Shown piece after piece: positions 8,799 to 17,084 of a stretch of 47,534 nucleotides of DNA. The notes beneath the pieces were generated by a model, which saw nothing but the letters and a program-made list of their open reading frames with translations, searched no databases and was not told the DNA's origin. The position numbers and the translations under genes are program-made. The stretch is taken from contig JAPLKR010000025.1 of the NCBI GenBank assembly GCA_026387965.1, forward strand, positions 1 to 47,534, in the 5' to 3' direction. The DNA comes from Fusobacteriota bacterium. GTDB lineage: Bacteria > Fusobacteriota > Fusobacteriia > JAPLKR01. Position 1 is the stretch's first letter. The number at the start of each line of letters is the position of its first letter.

Positions 8799-9887
8799 AT
8801 GCTAATATTAAAGAGAATTTTTTTTGAACCTATCTTATATAAATTAATTATTGGGCTTTTTATTATTATGACAATTGATACTGTTTTATTTCACAATAAC
8901 ATCTATTCAAGATATTACTATGCCGATGTTGTCATTCTATACAGTTTTATTTCAAGCAGTGTTATTCGCTCCCTCTATGTTGCTAAAGAGCGTGTTATAT
9001 ACTCTCTCTCTGCTGTATTTGTCGGTCTCATCTGCTTAACACTTTTTAATAACAATATTCTTTTAAGTTATTATGTCGGAGCTTTTTTTCTCTATTTCCT
9101 CGCTTCAAAACTTGGGAATCCGACATTTATACGTGGGCTTGGACTCTATGGTGTTGTCATTGTTATTCACAACAACATACACTCTCTTGGGCAATCATAT
9201 GCCATGTATACTTTCGACAGAACCTATCAAACTCTTATCGGGGCTGCTGTTGTCGTTTGTGTTGAATTTGGTTATATTATTCTTCTGAGATACTTTCAAC
9301 ACAAGAAGCGTCTTAAATTAGGCACACTTTATAAAATTTCAAATCCTTCTAGTATTTTAAAGCCTAAACTCTCTTTTTTATCTTCATTTATCAAACCATT
9401 TAAAGATAAAAATTTTATTTTCATGTGTTTTACAATTTTGATAATCTCTTTAATCCTGCACTATGTACTGGGACTCTCCTATAATGTCTACGGCCTTGCC
9501 CTTATATTTGCACCAGGTATCTGCAAACTCAATTCAAAAGATTATTTTATCAATGTAAAAAAGTTTGGAAAGTCCATTGCCCTTTCAGTTATTGCGCTTG
9601 TTGTAATTTATGTCCTTCCATTAAATCATTCGAATTTTAATCTAACTATATTAATTGCTGTCATTGTTGTACATTTTGTCCCTTTTATCATACCATTTTT
9701 TAAAGATGAGGATAAACGGTTAGCCTATCGTATCATTATCATCTATTTTCTACAAGGATACCTGTTAAATCAAGATTACTCAATTGCACTAAGTTGGGTT
9801 ATAGCATTTATGTCCGTCTTTGTTGTAACGGGCATCATACTTTTCACTTATCTCTCCCTTACTACTAAATCTAAAATAATTTCATAA
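8799..9887 (+). CDS. polytopic integral membrane protein, function unknown
   Basis: 362 aa with about 10 hydrophobic segments. RBS GAGGAA before the ATG. No diagnostic motif recognised (possibly FUSC/ArAE-like). Confidence 0.45.
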   Translation: MLILKRIFFEPILYKLIIGLFIIMTIDTVLFHNNIYSRYYYADVVILYSFISSSVIRSLYVAKERVIYSLSAVFVGLICLTLFNNNILLSYYVGAFFLYFLASKLGNPTFIRGLGLYGVVIVIHNNIHSLGQSYAMYTFDRTYQTLIGAAVVVCVEFGYIILLRYFQHKKRLKLGTLYKISNPSSILKPKLSFLSSFIKPFKDKNFIFMCFTILIISLILHYVLGLSYNVYGLALIFAPGICKLNSKDYFINVKKFGKSIALSVIALVVIYVLPLNHSNFNLTILIAVIVVHFVPFIIPFFKDEDKRLAYRIIIIYFLQGYLLNQDYSIALSWVIAFMSVFVVTGIILFTYLSLTTKSKIIS

Positions 9888-9920
9888 TAAAAGTCTATAA
9901 TTCATTTTAAGGAGTGTCCT

Positions 9921-10499
9921 ATGGCAATAGAACGATGTGAATGGTGTTTGAAATCCCAAATTTATATTAATTACCACGATAATGAATGGGGAACCCCAAT
10001 GCATAATGAGAAACAACATTTTGAATTTTTTCTCCTAGAAACCTTTCAAGCTGGACTCTCATGGCACACTATTTTACAAAAAAGAGAGGGCTTTCGTGAT
10101 GCCTTTGCTCAGTTTGAAGTTGAAAAAGTGGCAGCGTTTTCAGATGATAAAGTTGAAGAACTTATGTTAAATCATAATATTATCAGAAATCGCCTTAAGA
10201 TTCAAGCTGCTACTGTTAACGCGCAAAAATTTATCGAAATTCAAAAAGAATTTGGGAGTTTTGATGCTTACATCTGGGGATTTACTTCTGGAAAGCCTAC
10301 TGTGAATCACTGGAAAGCTCTCTCTGAAGTGCCCGCAACTACTGTGCTCTCAGATACTATCTCAAAAGATTTGAAAAATCGGGGGTTCAAATTTATTGGT
10401 AGTACAACCATCTACGCTCATCTACAAGCAATAGGTATCGTAAATGATCATTTAATCAGCTGTTTTAGACATCCCAATAATCAAAAAAGCTCAACATAA
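9921..10499 (+). CDS. tag: DNA-3-methyladenine glycosylase I
   Basis: CEWC..YHDNEWGTP, FEFFLLETFQAGLSW and the ..IGIVNDH block. RBS AAGGAG upstream. Confidence 0.9.
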   Translation: MAIERCEWCLKSQIYINYHDNEWGTPMHNEKQHFEFFLLETFQAGLSWHTILQKREGFRDAFAQFEVEKVAAFSDDKVEELMLNHNIIRNRLKIQAATVNAQKFIEIQKEFGSFDAYIWGFTSGKPTVNHWKALSEVPATTVLSDTISKDLKNRGFKFIGSTTIYAHLQAIGIVNDHLISCFRHPNNQKSST

Positions 10500-10516
10500 T
10501 GTTGGGCTTTTATTTT
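10488..10516. terminator. bidirectional terminator between tag and the crotonase-family gene
   Basis: AGCTCAACAT / ATGTTGGGCT hairpin (one G-U pair) with the tag stop codon at its apex. Flanked by an A-run on one side and CTTTTATTTTTT on the other. Confidence 0.6.
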
Positions 10517-10517
10517 T

Positions 10518-11306
10518 TCACACTCCCATAAAATTTGGTTTTCGTTTCTCACAAAAAGCTTTAATTCCCTCTTGATAATCTTGACTTTCATATACTTCTT
10601 GGCGCATACGTTCTATTTTTTTCCTTAAATGCGGTGATACCTCTCCACAAGAAAGAAGCACATCTATTTCAACTTTAACCAGCTCAATATACAAGGGGGA
10701 CTTTTCACAAATAGTAATTGCAATTCTCTTGGCAAACTCTAAACTCTCTTCTTTATCAACAATATGATTAACGATTCCATATTCCATAGCTTTGTGACAG
10801 TTAATAGAACTAGCGGTATATAACATTTCTTTTAAATGATGAACACCTATGATACTCAGCATACTTTTTATGCCCTCTAAAGGATACGCCAGCGTGAAAT
10901 TGGCCGGGGTAATGGCAAAAAGACAATCGGGAGTTGCAATTACAATGTCTGTTAATAAAACAAGCTCAAAAGCACCGCCATATACACCGCCATTTACCAC
11001 TGAAATGATTGGCTTGGAAAAGTTTTTTATTTGATTAATAACACTTCTGAAATTACTACTTTCCCCCAGAGGATCTCCAAAAATATCTTTGAAATCTTTA
11101 ATACTATGGCCTGAAGAAAACATTTTACACTCTTTCGAAGCTTTTAATATTACACAGTGTGAACTGCTCTTTGAAATTTCATCAAAAATATCTGAAATTT
11201 CCGAAAGCATCTGTTTATTCAAGTAGTTATGTTTTGATGCGCAATTTAACTCGACAATAGAAATCAATCCCTCTTGATAATAATTTATCATTTCGTATTT
11301 TTTCAT
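10518..11306 (-). CDS. crotonase-superfamily enzyme, methylmalonyl-CoA decarboxylase (YgfG/ScpB)-like
   Basis: 262 aa. FSSGHSI, KPIISVVNGGVYGGAFELVL and the C-terminus YESQDYQEGIKAFCEKRKPNFMGV closely parallel E. coli YgfG as I recall it (..YDSEDYQEGMNAFLEKRKPNFVGH). Confidence 0.7.
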   Translation of the reverse strand: MKKYEMINYYQEGLISIVELNCASKHNYLNKQMLSEISDIFDEISKSSSHCVILKASKECKMFSSGHSIKDFKDIFGDPLGESSNFRSVINQIKNFSKPIISVVNGGVYGGAFELVLLTDIVIATPDCLFAITPANFTLAYPLEGIKSMLSIIGVHHLKEMLYTASSINCHKAMEYGIVNHIVDKEESLEFAKRIAITICEKSPLYIELVKVEIDVLLSCGEVSPHLRKKIERMRQEVYESQDYQEGIKAFCEKRKPNFMGV

Positions 11307-11324
11307 CGTTCCTCCAAAGTCAAT

Positions 11325-11353
11325 AAAAAAAGGTGATTAATCACCTTTTTTTA
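11325..11353 (-). terminator. rho-independent terminator ending the 5-gene operon
   Basis: AAAAAAAGGTGA ttaa TCACCTTTTTTT, a palindromic hairpin with A/T flanks immediately after the stop at 11354. Confidence 0.65.
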
Positions 11354-11923
11354 TTATTTAAGATTTTTTCTATTTTTGAATTTTGAGCAATAGTTTTCAG
11401 TTTCTGATTTAAATAATGATAAGCCATTTGGTTCAAGCCCTCTTTTAGGGATAATGAAGGCATTTACTTTCCCAAAAAAAAGTAGCAATTGATCTTTTGT
11501 CTCTACAACCTCAGTGATATTATCCCACAAAATCAACTTAGGACTCTCCTCAGATACTACATGTAGGCCTTTTTTTGTTGAGGTAATTTCAATTGGTATG
11601 TCTTTATTGCCGCGGCTTTCACTAATTTTCTTCTTAACAAGCTTCATATAACTTTTTTCAGTAATACTTTTTACAATGTGCGATATTGCGTATCCAAGTA
11701 TCGCTCCAATAATAGCCGTAATAACTATAGAGGTAAATTCAAATGTTTTGGTTTTCCACCAAGTGCATACAACTGCTACCACCATAATGACAATAGTAAA
11801 TAACATTCTATTTTTTTTAATCGTATTCATAACCACTTCATCACTGCCCATAAGATATTTATGATACGTTATTTGATCCTCAACTTTTAACACATACTGC
11901 AATGTAATAATTTCTTTTGCCAC
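11354..11923 (-). CDS. YcxB-like membrane protein (two TM helices plus C-terminal PH-like domain)
   Basis: 189 aa with two central hydrophobic helices. The C-terminal W..I..V.E......LF......A.IIPKR pattern is typical of the YcxB-like family. Confidence 0.5.
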   Translation of the reverse strand: MAKEIITLQYVLKVEDQITYHKYLMGSDEVVMNTIKKNRMLFTIVIMVVAVVCTWWKTKTFEFTSIVITAIIGAILGYAISHIVKSITEKSYMKLVKKKISESRGNKDIPIEITSTKKGLHVVSEESPKLILWDNITEVVETKDQLLLFFGKVNAFIIPKRGLEPNGLSLFKSETENYCSKFKNRKNLK

Positions 11924-11932
11924 CGTGCACTC

Positions 11933-12430
11933 CTACTTTTTCTTTTTTTGATTAGGCTTTATTTTAATGTTTTTATGCGTTATCGAGGAGGTTTTCGCCG
12001 ATTTGTTTTTAAAATTATTACCTTCGTTAGGCTTCTCGAACACCGCTTTAAGTATCTCCCGGTTAGTATAATAATTAGCGTGCATAAAAATATTATAAAC
12101 TAAAAAAATAATACAAATAATTAGTCCATACACTGAGATTACAGGCATTTTAAATCCTTGGCTTAAAACAACTAAAAGCATAACCACACCAATCAGTGTT
12201 GCTATCCAAATATATATGTGTTCCATCAAAGTATTCCTCATTAATAGCAAAGTCGTCACTATCGCATATACAACAGCTAAAATAATAATTAAAACCATTC
12301 CAACAGTAGCTATTGTCTCAAAAAAATAGTTATAAATCATTACTGCATATACAATCATAATTATAGCCACAATATAACTTAGTCCCAGTGTAACTGGAAA
12401 CATCCCTTTTATTTCCTTACTCATCATCAC
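11933..12430 (-). CDS. small polytopic membrane protein with Lys-rich tail
   Basis: 165 aa with 4 hydrophobic helices and a C-terminal ..KNIKIKPNQKKKK. No family recognised. Confidence 0.45.
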   Translation of the reverse strand: MMMSKEIKGMFPVTLGLSYIVAIIMIVYAVMIYNYFFETIATVGMVLIIILAVVYAIVTTLLLMRNTLMEHIYIWIATLIGVVMLLVVLSQGFKMPVISVYGLIICIIFLVYNIFMHANYYTNREILKAVFEKPNEGNNFKNKSAKTSSITHKNIKIKPNQKKKK

Positions 12431-12453
12431 TCCTAATTTAACTTCAAAAATTT

Positions 12454-13110
12454 TTACATAAATTTCCCATTTTTTAAAAATTGATCCACATATGAAACCG
12501 TTCTTGTTTTGTAATGAATCTCTTTGTGTCCATATGGAAGTACCTTAAAGTCAGCAAGACCAATCATATACACTGAAAAAATCGAAACCAACCCGTCGTT
12601 GATACCTTCTTCATATTTTCCAATCGCTAAATTACATTTATTACCCGCTAATGCTCCAGCTTCAATTTTAAATTCAAAATGCCTCTCTTTCGCAAGCTCT
12701 GTAGTAGTTTTAAGTGATTTGACTGTCTTAAAAAGTCGTGTGAATATTTTTATTTTGCTATCCGCTTTATCAGCTAGTGTAATTCCGTGATTTGGCGTTG
12801 CAATCATAACAATTCGAGCTACATGTAGTTGATTTTCTTCGCTTTTCTCAAGATACCGTCTAATTACCAACCCACCTGTACTGTGTCCTACCATATTAAC
12901 CTTTGTTCCAAAAGGAAGCTTTTCATATATTTCATTCATCTGTTTTTCAAAAATATTTTCAGCGTTCTCCACGGTTTTAAATCGTAGTGGTAAATTAGCA
13001 TAATATATTTCATACCCTAACTTTGATAACTCAAGTCCAAAATACTTCATATCACTTTTAGTCTTATTATATCCATGAATTAACACAACAACGTTACTAA
13101 TTTTTTCCAT
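12454..13110 (-). CDS. alpha/beta-fold hydrolase (lipase/esterase-like)
   Basis: VVLIHGY oxyanion region, nucleophile elbow VGHSTGG, later INDGLVS (Asp) and GHKEIH (His). No signal peptide. 218 aa. Confidence 0.7.
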   Translation of the reverse strand: MEKISNVVVLIHGYNKTKSDMKYFGLELSKLGYEIYYANLPLRFKTVENAENIFEKQMNEIYEKLPFGTKVNMVGHSTGGLVIRRYLEKSEENQLHVARIVMIATPNHGITLADKADSKIKIFTRLFKTVKSLKTTTELAKERHFEFKIEAGALAGNKCNLAIGKYEEGINDGLVSIFSVYMIGLADFKVLPYGHKEIHYKTRTVSYVDQFLKNGKFM

Positions 13111-13118
13111 TTGACCAC

Positions 13119-13832
13119 CTAAAAGTGTAATTTTTTCTTCATGCTCTCTTTAAGCTCTTCTGCCATATCATGATGGAAATAGAGGCAAAGAGCAAAAAGT
13201 CCCAGTAGGGGTATTAGCGTATATATGGAAAACGTAAAACGAAATCTCTCATAGAGATAAATTCCTACGGTTACATCAACGAAAAAGATAAGAATTTGTG
13301 CCATAATTAAATACAAGGCTCCCACTAAAAATATATTTCTAACTCCAAGACGTTTATAAAAATATATCGCTACTAAAGTAAATACATAGAAAAATATGAG
13401 TAAGGTCAGTTCAAAGGTCAGTTGAATATTAAATACCCCATCTTTCAAGTCAAGCAAGACAAAAAACAGAACTATGAGTACAAAATATTGTGTCGATATC
13501 CAATACTCTTTTCCTTTTGTGTAAAAAAGGGCAATAAGTATCCCAATCCATACTAAAGCCAGTGATATATCAGCAGGTTTAGACCAGCTAAATTGATGAC
13601 TTGTGCTTATATCTGATACAAAAAACGTTAATATTAGTAAGATAAATATAATTGATGTGATTATTCCAAGTCTAAATTTTCGTTTTCGAACTCTTTCTTT
13701 ATAAGATGTTTTTGCAACTGGAAACTTGTACTCTGTCTCTTTTATTAGCTCTTCTGGTACTTTAAAGTGGCAAAGTGGGCAAAACTTTTTATTTTCTTCA
13801 AGTTTAACACCACATTTTGAACAATACGACAT
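13119..13832 (-). CDS. zinc-ribbon N-terminus plus polytopic membrane domain protein
   Basis: N-terminal CSKCG..N11..CPLCH zinc ribbon followed by about 6 TM helices. The ATG lies 1 nt after the upstream stop, with a GGGGG SD inside the upstream gene. Confidence 0.6.
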   Translation of the reverse strand: MSYCSKCGVKLEENKKFCPLCHFKVPEELIKETEYKFPVAKTSYKERVRKRKFRLGIITSIIFILLILTFFVSDISTSHQFSWSKPADISLALVWIGILIALFYTKGKEYWISTQYFVLIVLFFVLLDLKDGVFNIQLTFELTLLIFFYVFTLVAIYFYKRLGVRNIFLVGALYLIMAQILIFFVDVTVGIYLYERFRFTFSIYTLIPLLGLFALCLYFHHDMAEELKESMKKKLHF

Positions 13833-13833
13833 T

Positions 13834-15114
13834 TTACCCCCTATTACTCTCTATTTTAACGTTTATTCCTAATTGAACGAGTTTTCTAAAAAAACGTCTT
13901 TCTATCTCTGTGTCATCACATAAACTTCCAAAAGAAATCGCCAGTATTCCTTTAGTTGCAATGAGGCCAACTTTAATTTTATTTAGATCACTTGGTGGTG
14001 GATAAAATTCAATCGTATCAATTAATTTTTCTGCTTTTAAATCAAACTTTTGTAGTCCAAGATTAGAAAACCCACTCGTATAATTTCCTTCCCCAATTCT
14101 GCTGTATAGTATGGGTAGAACGATATCCTTAATAACAAGAGGTACCAATCTATTGAAAATATTGTTACTATGTGCTATTACCTGCTTCAATTCTGAATTT
14201 AAAAATCTCTTGTGTAACCTAGATTTAAAGAAATACTTCACATAATCAATAATCTCATCAAATTCATAATATCCATATTTTGTTTCAATCGTTGGAACAA
14301 GTGAGATAAAAAAATTCCACATAGTTGCATTTGGATAGAACCTTCTAAGATCAACAGGAATATTTATTGAAACTGGACGTTTTGTCAGAAGTTTACGCTT
14401 TAAATAAGGCTGCTCTTTAATATAATCAAACACTGTTTCAAAATAGAGAGCAAGTAGAAACTCTGAAATTGTAGTTTCATATTTTAGCGCTTCGCGTTTT
14501 ATCTCTTCTACTGACAAATACCCAGTAGTGACAAAGTATACTCCTTTGTTATTCTTTTTATAAGGGAAATGCATTGCTTTTTTTAATTTCTGTGATGGTA
14601 GATGAAACATTTTTATGTGATTTTTGATAAATCCATCTTCCACTTCCCTTTCATCAATTTTCAATTCAAATAATGTGCTATATTTTTCATAATTTAAATC
14701 AAAGTCAGAAATTAAATTAGCATATATCTCTAAAAGTAATTTCAGAAATGTTGTTGCGCCAATACCATCTGTAAGCCCATGCATAATTTCAAGGGATATT
14801 CTTGAGTTGTAATAGATTAGATTCAGGGGAAAAAAACCTTTATCCTTATGAGTACACGGATAAAATATTTCAAGTTCTGCTGTCCTAATTTCTTTACATT
14901 TTTCAAAATAGTTCCAAAAAAAACCTTTTTTTCTCACTACATTAAAATAAGGAAAGCGCTTCAATGTAAGTTCGAATGCACTGTTTAAACACGGTACATC
15001 TACAGAAGTGTTTAGTGTAACAGAAAATCTATAAAAAGTTGTTGTACGCTCAGAAATTACAGAACCATATAATTTCCCAGCATTCTCCATCCTGAACCAC
15101 TCTCTTTTGTTCAT
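13834..15114 (-). CDS. condensation-domain / alcohol-acetyltransferase-like acyltransferase (HxxxDG)
   Basis: 426 aa. N-terminal W.RMENAGKLY..FR.SV.L...VD...L..A...TLKRFPYF..V.+KGFFWNYFE pattern. Catalytic-type motif MHGLTDGIG (H-x3-D-G). AGGAG 5 nt before the ATG. Confidence 0.65.
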   Translation of the reverse strand: MNKREWFRMENAGKLYGSVISERTTTFYRFSVTLNTSVDVPCLNSAFELTLKRFPYFNVVRKKGFFWNYFEKCKEIRTAELEIFYPCTHKDKGFFPLNLIYYNSRISLEIMHGLTDGIGATTFLKLLLEIYANLISDFDLNYEKYSTLFELKIDEREVEDGFIKNHIKMFHLPSQKLKKAMHFPYKKNNKGVYFVTTGYLSVEEIKREALKYETTISEFLLALYFETVFDYIKEQPYLKRKLLTKRPVSINIPVDLRRFYPNATMWNFFISLVPTIETKYGYYEFDEIIDYVKYFFKSRLHKRFLNSELKQVIAHSNNIFNRLVPLVIKDIVLPILYSRIGEGNYTSGFSNLGLQKFDLKAEKLIDTIEFYPPPSDLNKIKVGLIATKGILAISFGSLCDDTEIERRFFRKLVQLGINVKIESNRG

Positions 15115-15169
15115 CCATGCTCCTTATTTTGTATAGCTAATTATTAAATACGTCTTATTTCTCTCTAAT

Positions 15170-15178
15170 ATTATATCA
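15170..15178 (-). promoter_or_regulatory. extended -10 element (TGATATAAT) for the 5-gene operon
   Basis: Reverse complement of 15170-15178 reads TGATATAAT, about 55 nt upstream of the ATG at 15114. Confidence 0.45.
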
Positions 15179-15185
15179 AAAAATA

Positions 15186-15222
15186 TGGAAAAGGACTACT
15201 CTAATTACTGAGTAGTCCTTTT
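15186..15222 (-). terminator. strong hairpin (13-bp stem), probable minus-strand terminator
   Basis: AAAAGGACTACTC taattact GAGTAGTCCTTTT. On the minus strand it is followed by CCATATTTTTT. Confidence 0.55.
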
Positions 15223-15234
15223 CTCAAAAAAAGT

Positions 15235-15489
15235 TTATTGTATAATGTTGTATTTTCGTTCTGAGTTGGCTCTGTAGAATCGTTTAGAATAAAACATAGC
15301 AATTTCTAAAATTTCTTTCAACCTTACTCTTTCAAGTTGCACTAGAAAAATTGCCACTATCCGCGGTTTTTTGATTCAATACTGTAATGTGTCTGATTTT
15401 TTAAACTTTAAGTCGACTATTACACGCCAATTGTATCTCTCATTTGCTGTTTTCCCGAGAGATTCGCTCATTTTAATTTTTCCTACCAT
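15235..15489 (-). pseudogene. small ORF (about 84 codons) interrupted by one in-frame TGA; unknown product
   Basis: My own translation of the minus strand gives MVGKIKMSESLGKTANERYNWRVIVDLKFKKSDTLQY*IKKPRIVAIFLVQLERVRLKEILEIAMFYSKRFYRANSERKYNIIQ*. It lies just upstream of the hairpin at 15186-15222. It is below the ORF-track cutoff, so coding status is uncertain. Confidence 0.25.
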
Positions 15490-15536
15490 GAAACTATATT
15501 TTTATGATTTATTAGATTTTTAAAAATGAACTTGCA

Positions 15537-16580
15537 CTACTCACTCCATTTTCGAAGAATTGCACGCACAGGGCTGCCATCACCATCTTCAATTTTTAGA
15601 GGAAGTGCAATCAACTCATAAACACCTTCTGAAACATTTTCTAAATCAAGGCCTTCTAATGCTCTCATATCGTATTTTGCAATTGCATGGTGTGCACTAA
15701 ATCCAGTCTTTTCATTGTCAACACTTGGTGTATCAACACCTATCAAAACAACATCTTTAAAATAGAGATATTCAATTGCTTCACGTGAAAGAGCGACAAA
15801 GCTATTTTCAAATTTTTCTTTATTGAGTGCACTATTGGTTTTAAGTAAAATTCTTGGTGCATGAACATAGTATTGCTTTAATATCTCAACTGAAATAATA
15901 CCATTCTTTAAGGATTCATCACTAATGTCTAAAACTTGCGCTTTACCAATATAAAAATTCAAACTATCATTTTCAAAGCTATTTTTACACTTCATAAAAT
16001 GCGAACGCGAATCTACATGTGCCCCTAAATGCAGTGCCGTCTCAACACTAGAAAGATTTAACATGTCACCCTTTTCCATACTACTTGAAACAATTCTTTT
16101 AAAAGGTACATCTGTTGGGTATACTGCCGTTCTTTCACTGATGGTCGGTGTTATGTCAAACAGAATTTCCTGTTTACTATTTTGTAAAAAATCATGTGCA
16201 TCTCTCAAAATATTCATAGCGCTCATATATGTTAAAAGCGAAATAGCTTCTTTATATGAAACCCATTTTATTTCAAGAACCTCCTCAACTTGAACTTTAA
16301 TGTCATCGCTTAAAGCTTTTGCAAGAAAAAAAGTAACAGTTTTATTTGAATTTGCTTTAGGGGAATACTGTACTCTACGACTAAAGTCAGGCATTAAATC
16401 AACTTTCAATCCAGTTTCTTCATAAATTTCCCTTTTGGCCGCAGTAATATTTGATTCTCCTTCCTCTAAATGTCCTTTTGGAAAATCCCAATGCCCACCA
16501 TTTTTATGTATTATGACTAAATATACAATAATAGTTTTTAAACGATATACTACTGCTCCTGCAGAATACTCTATTTTCAT
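15537..16580 (-). CDS. Nudix hydrolase fused to a putative cyclase / kynurenine-formamidase-like domain
   Basis: Perfect Nudix box GHLEEGESNITAAKREIYEETGL in the N-terminal ~140 aa. The C-terminal ~200 aa carries the cyclase-family metal motif HLGAHVDSRSHF and IGVDTPSVD..SAHH. ATG 16580 is preferred over TTG 16583. Confidence 0.75.
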   Translation of the reverse strand: MKIEYSAGAVVYRLKTIIVYLVIIHKNGGHWDFPKGHLEEGESNITAAKREIYEETGLKVDLMPDFSRRVQYSPKANSNKTVTFFLAKALSDDIKVQVEEVLEIKWVSYKEAISLLTYMSAMNILRDAHDFLQNSKQEILFDITPTISERTAVYPTDVPFKRIVSSSMEKGDMLNLSSVETALHLGAHVDSRSHFMKCKNSFENDSLNFYIGKAQVLDISDESLKNGIISVEILKQYYVHAPRILLKTNSALNKEKFENSFVALSREAIEYLYFKDVVLIGVDTPSVDNEKTGFSAHHAIAKYDMRALEGLDLENVSEGVYELIALPLKIEDGDGSPVRAILRKWSE

Positions 16581-16588
16581 CAATTCCC

Positions 16589-17065
16589 CTATTTAATTTC
16601 AATTTCTATTACTGGCTCAACTACTACCTCTTTCTTATTTATGGTTACAGTTAAAAGTCCATTTTTATACTCCGCACCAACACTTTTTTCATCTCCTAAA
16701 AGTGGCATCGGAATAACTTTGAAAAACTTACCATAATCTCTTTCTTCAAAATAAATTTCTTGAATCGTATTTTGAGCTTTTTTCTCGCCTCTAATCGTGA
16801 TGCTCTCTTTTCCTAGTGTTAATGCAATATCTTCTTTTTCAACACCAGAAAGCTCAATTTCAATAACAAATCCTTTTTCAGTTTCATACATATCCATTGC
16901 AGGTTCAAAACCCGTTTCTACTCCAGAACACGCCTTCTTTGAAATGGAATTTTGAATTTTTTGAGAAACAGCATTTACTTTTTCCTCTAACTGTCCTCTA
17001 ACTTCTTCAATATGTCCCTTAACACCTTCTAAATGCTCTTTTAAATGTGATGTAATATTTTTCAC
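16589..17065 (-). CDS. Hsp20/alpha-crystallin family small heat-shock protein
   Basis: Alpha-crystallin domain PAMDMYETEKGFVIEIELSGV..ITIRGEKK..F.R.IP.P....K..A.YKNGLLTVTI. GTG start after GGAGG. Heptad-like N-terminal extension. Confidence 0.85.
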   Translation of the reverse strand: MKNITSHLKEHLEGVKGHIEEVRGQLEEKVNAVSQKIQNSISKKACSGVETGFEPAMDMYETEKGFVIEIELSGVEKEDIALTLGKESITIRGEKKAQNTIQEIYFEERDYGKFFKVIPMPLLGDEKSVGAEYKNGLLTVTINKKEVVVEPVIEIEIK

Positions 17066-17084
17066 GTTTCCTCCTACTAAAATT

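Noticed and set aside
15376-15378. In-frame TGA as Trp (code 4) or selenocysteine recoding
   Set aside because: TGA terminates well-supported genes in this window, and all recognisable proteins are full length under the standard code with TGG for Trp. No SECIS-like hairpin is evident immediately downstream. A nonsense mutation in a decayed ORF is simpler.
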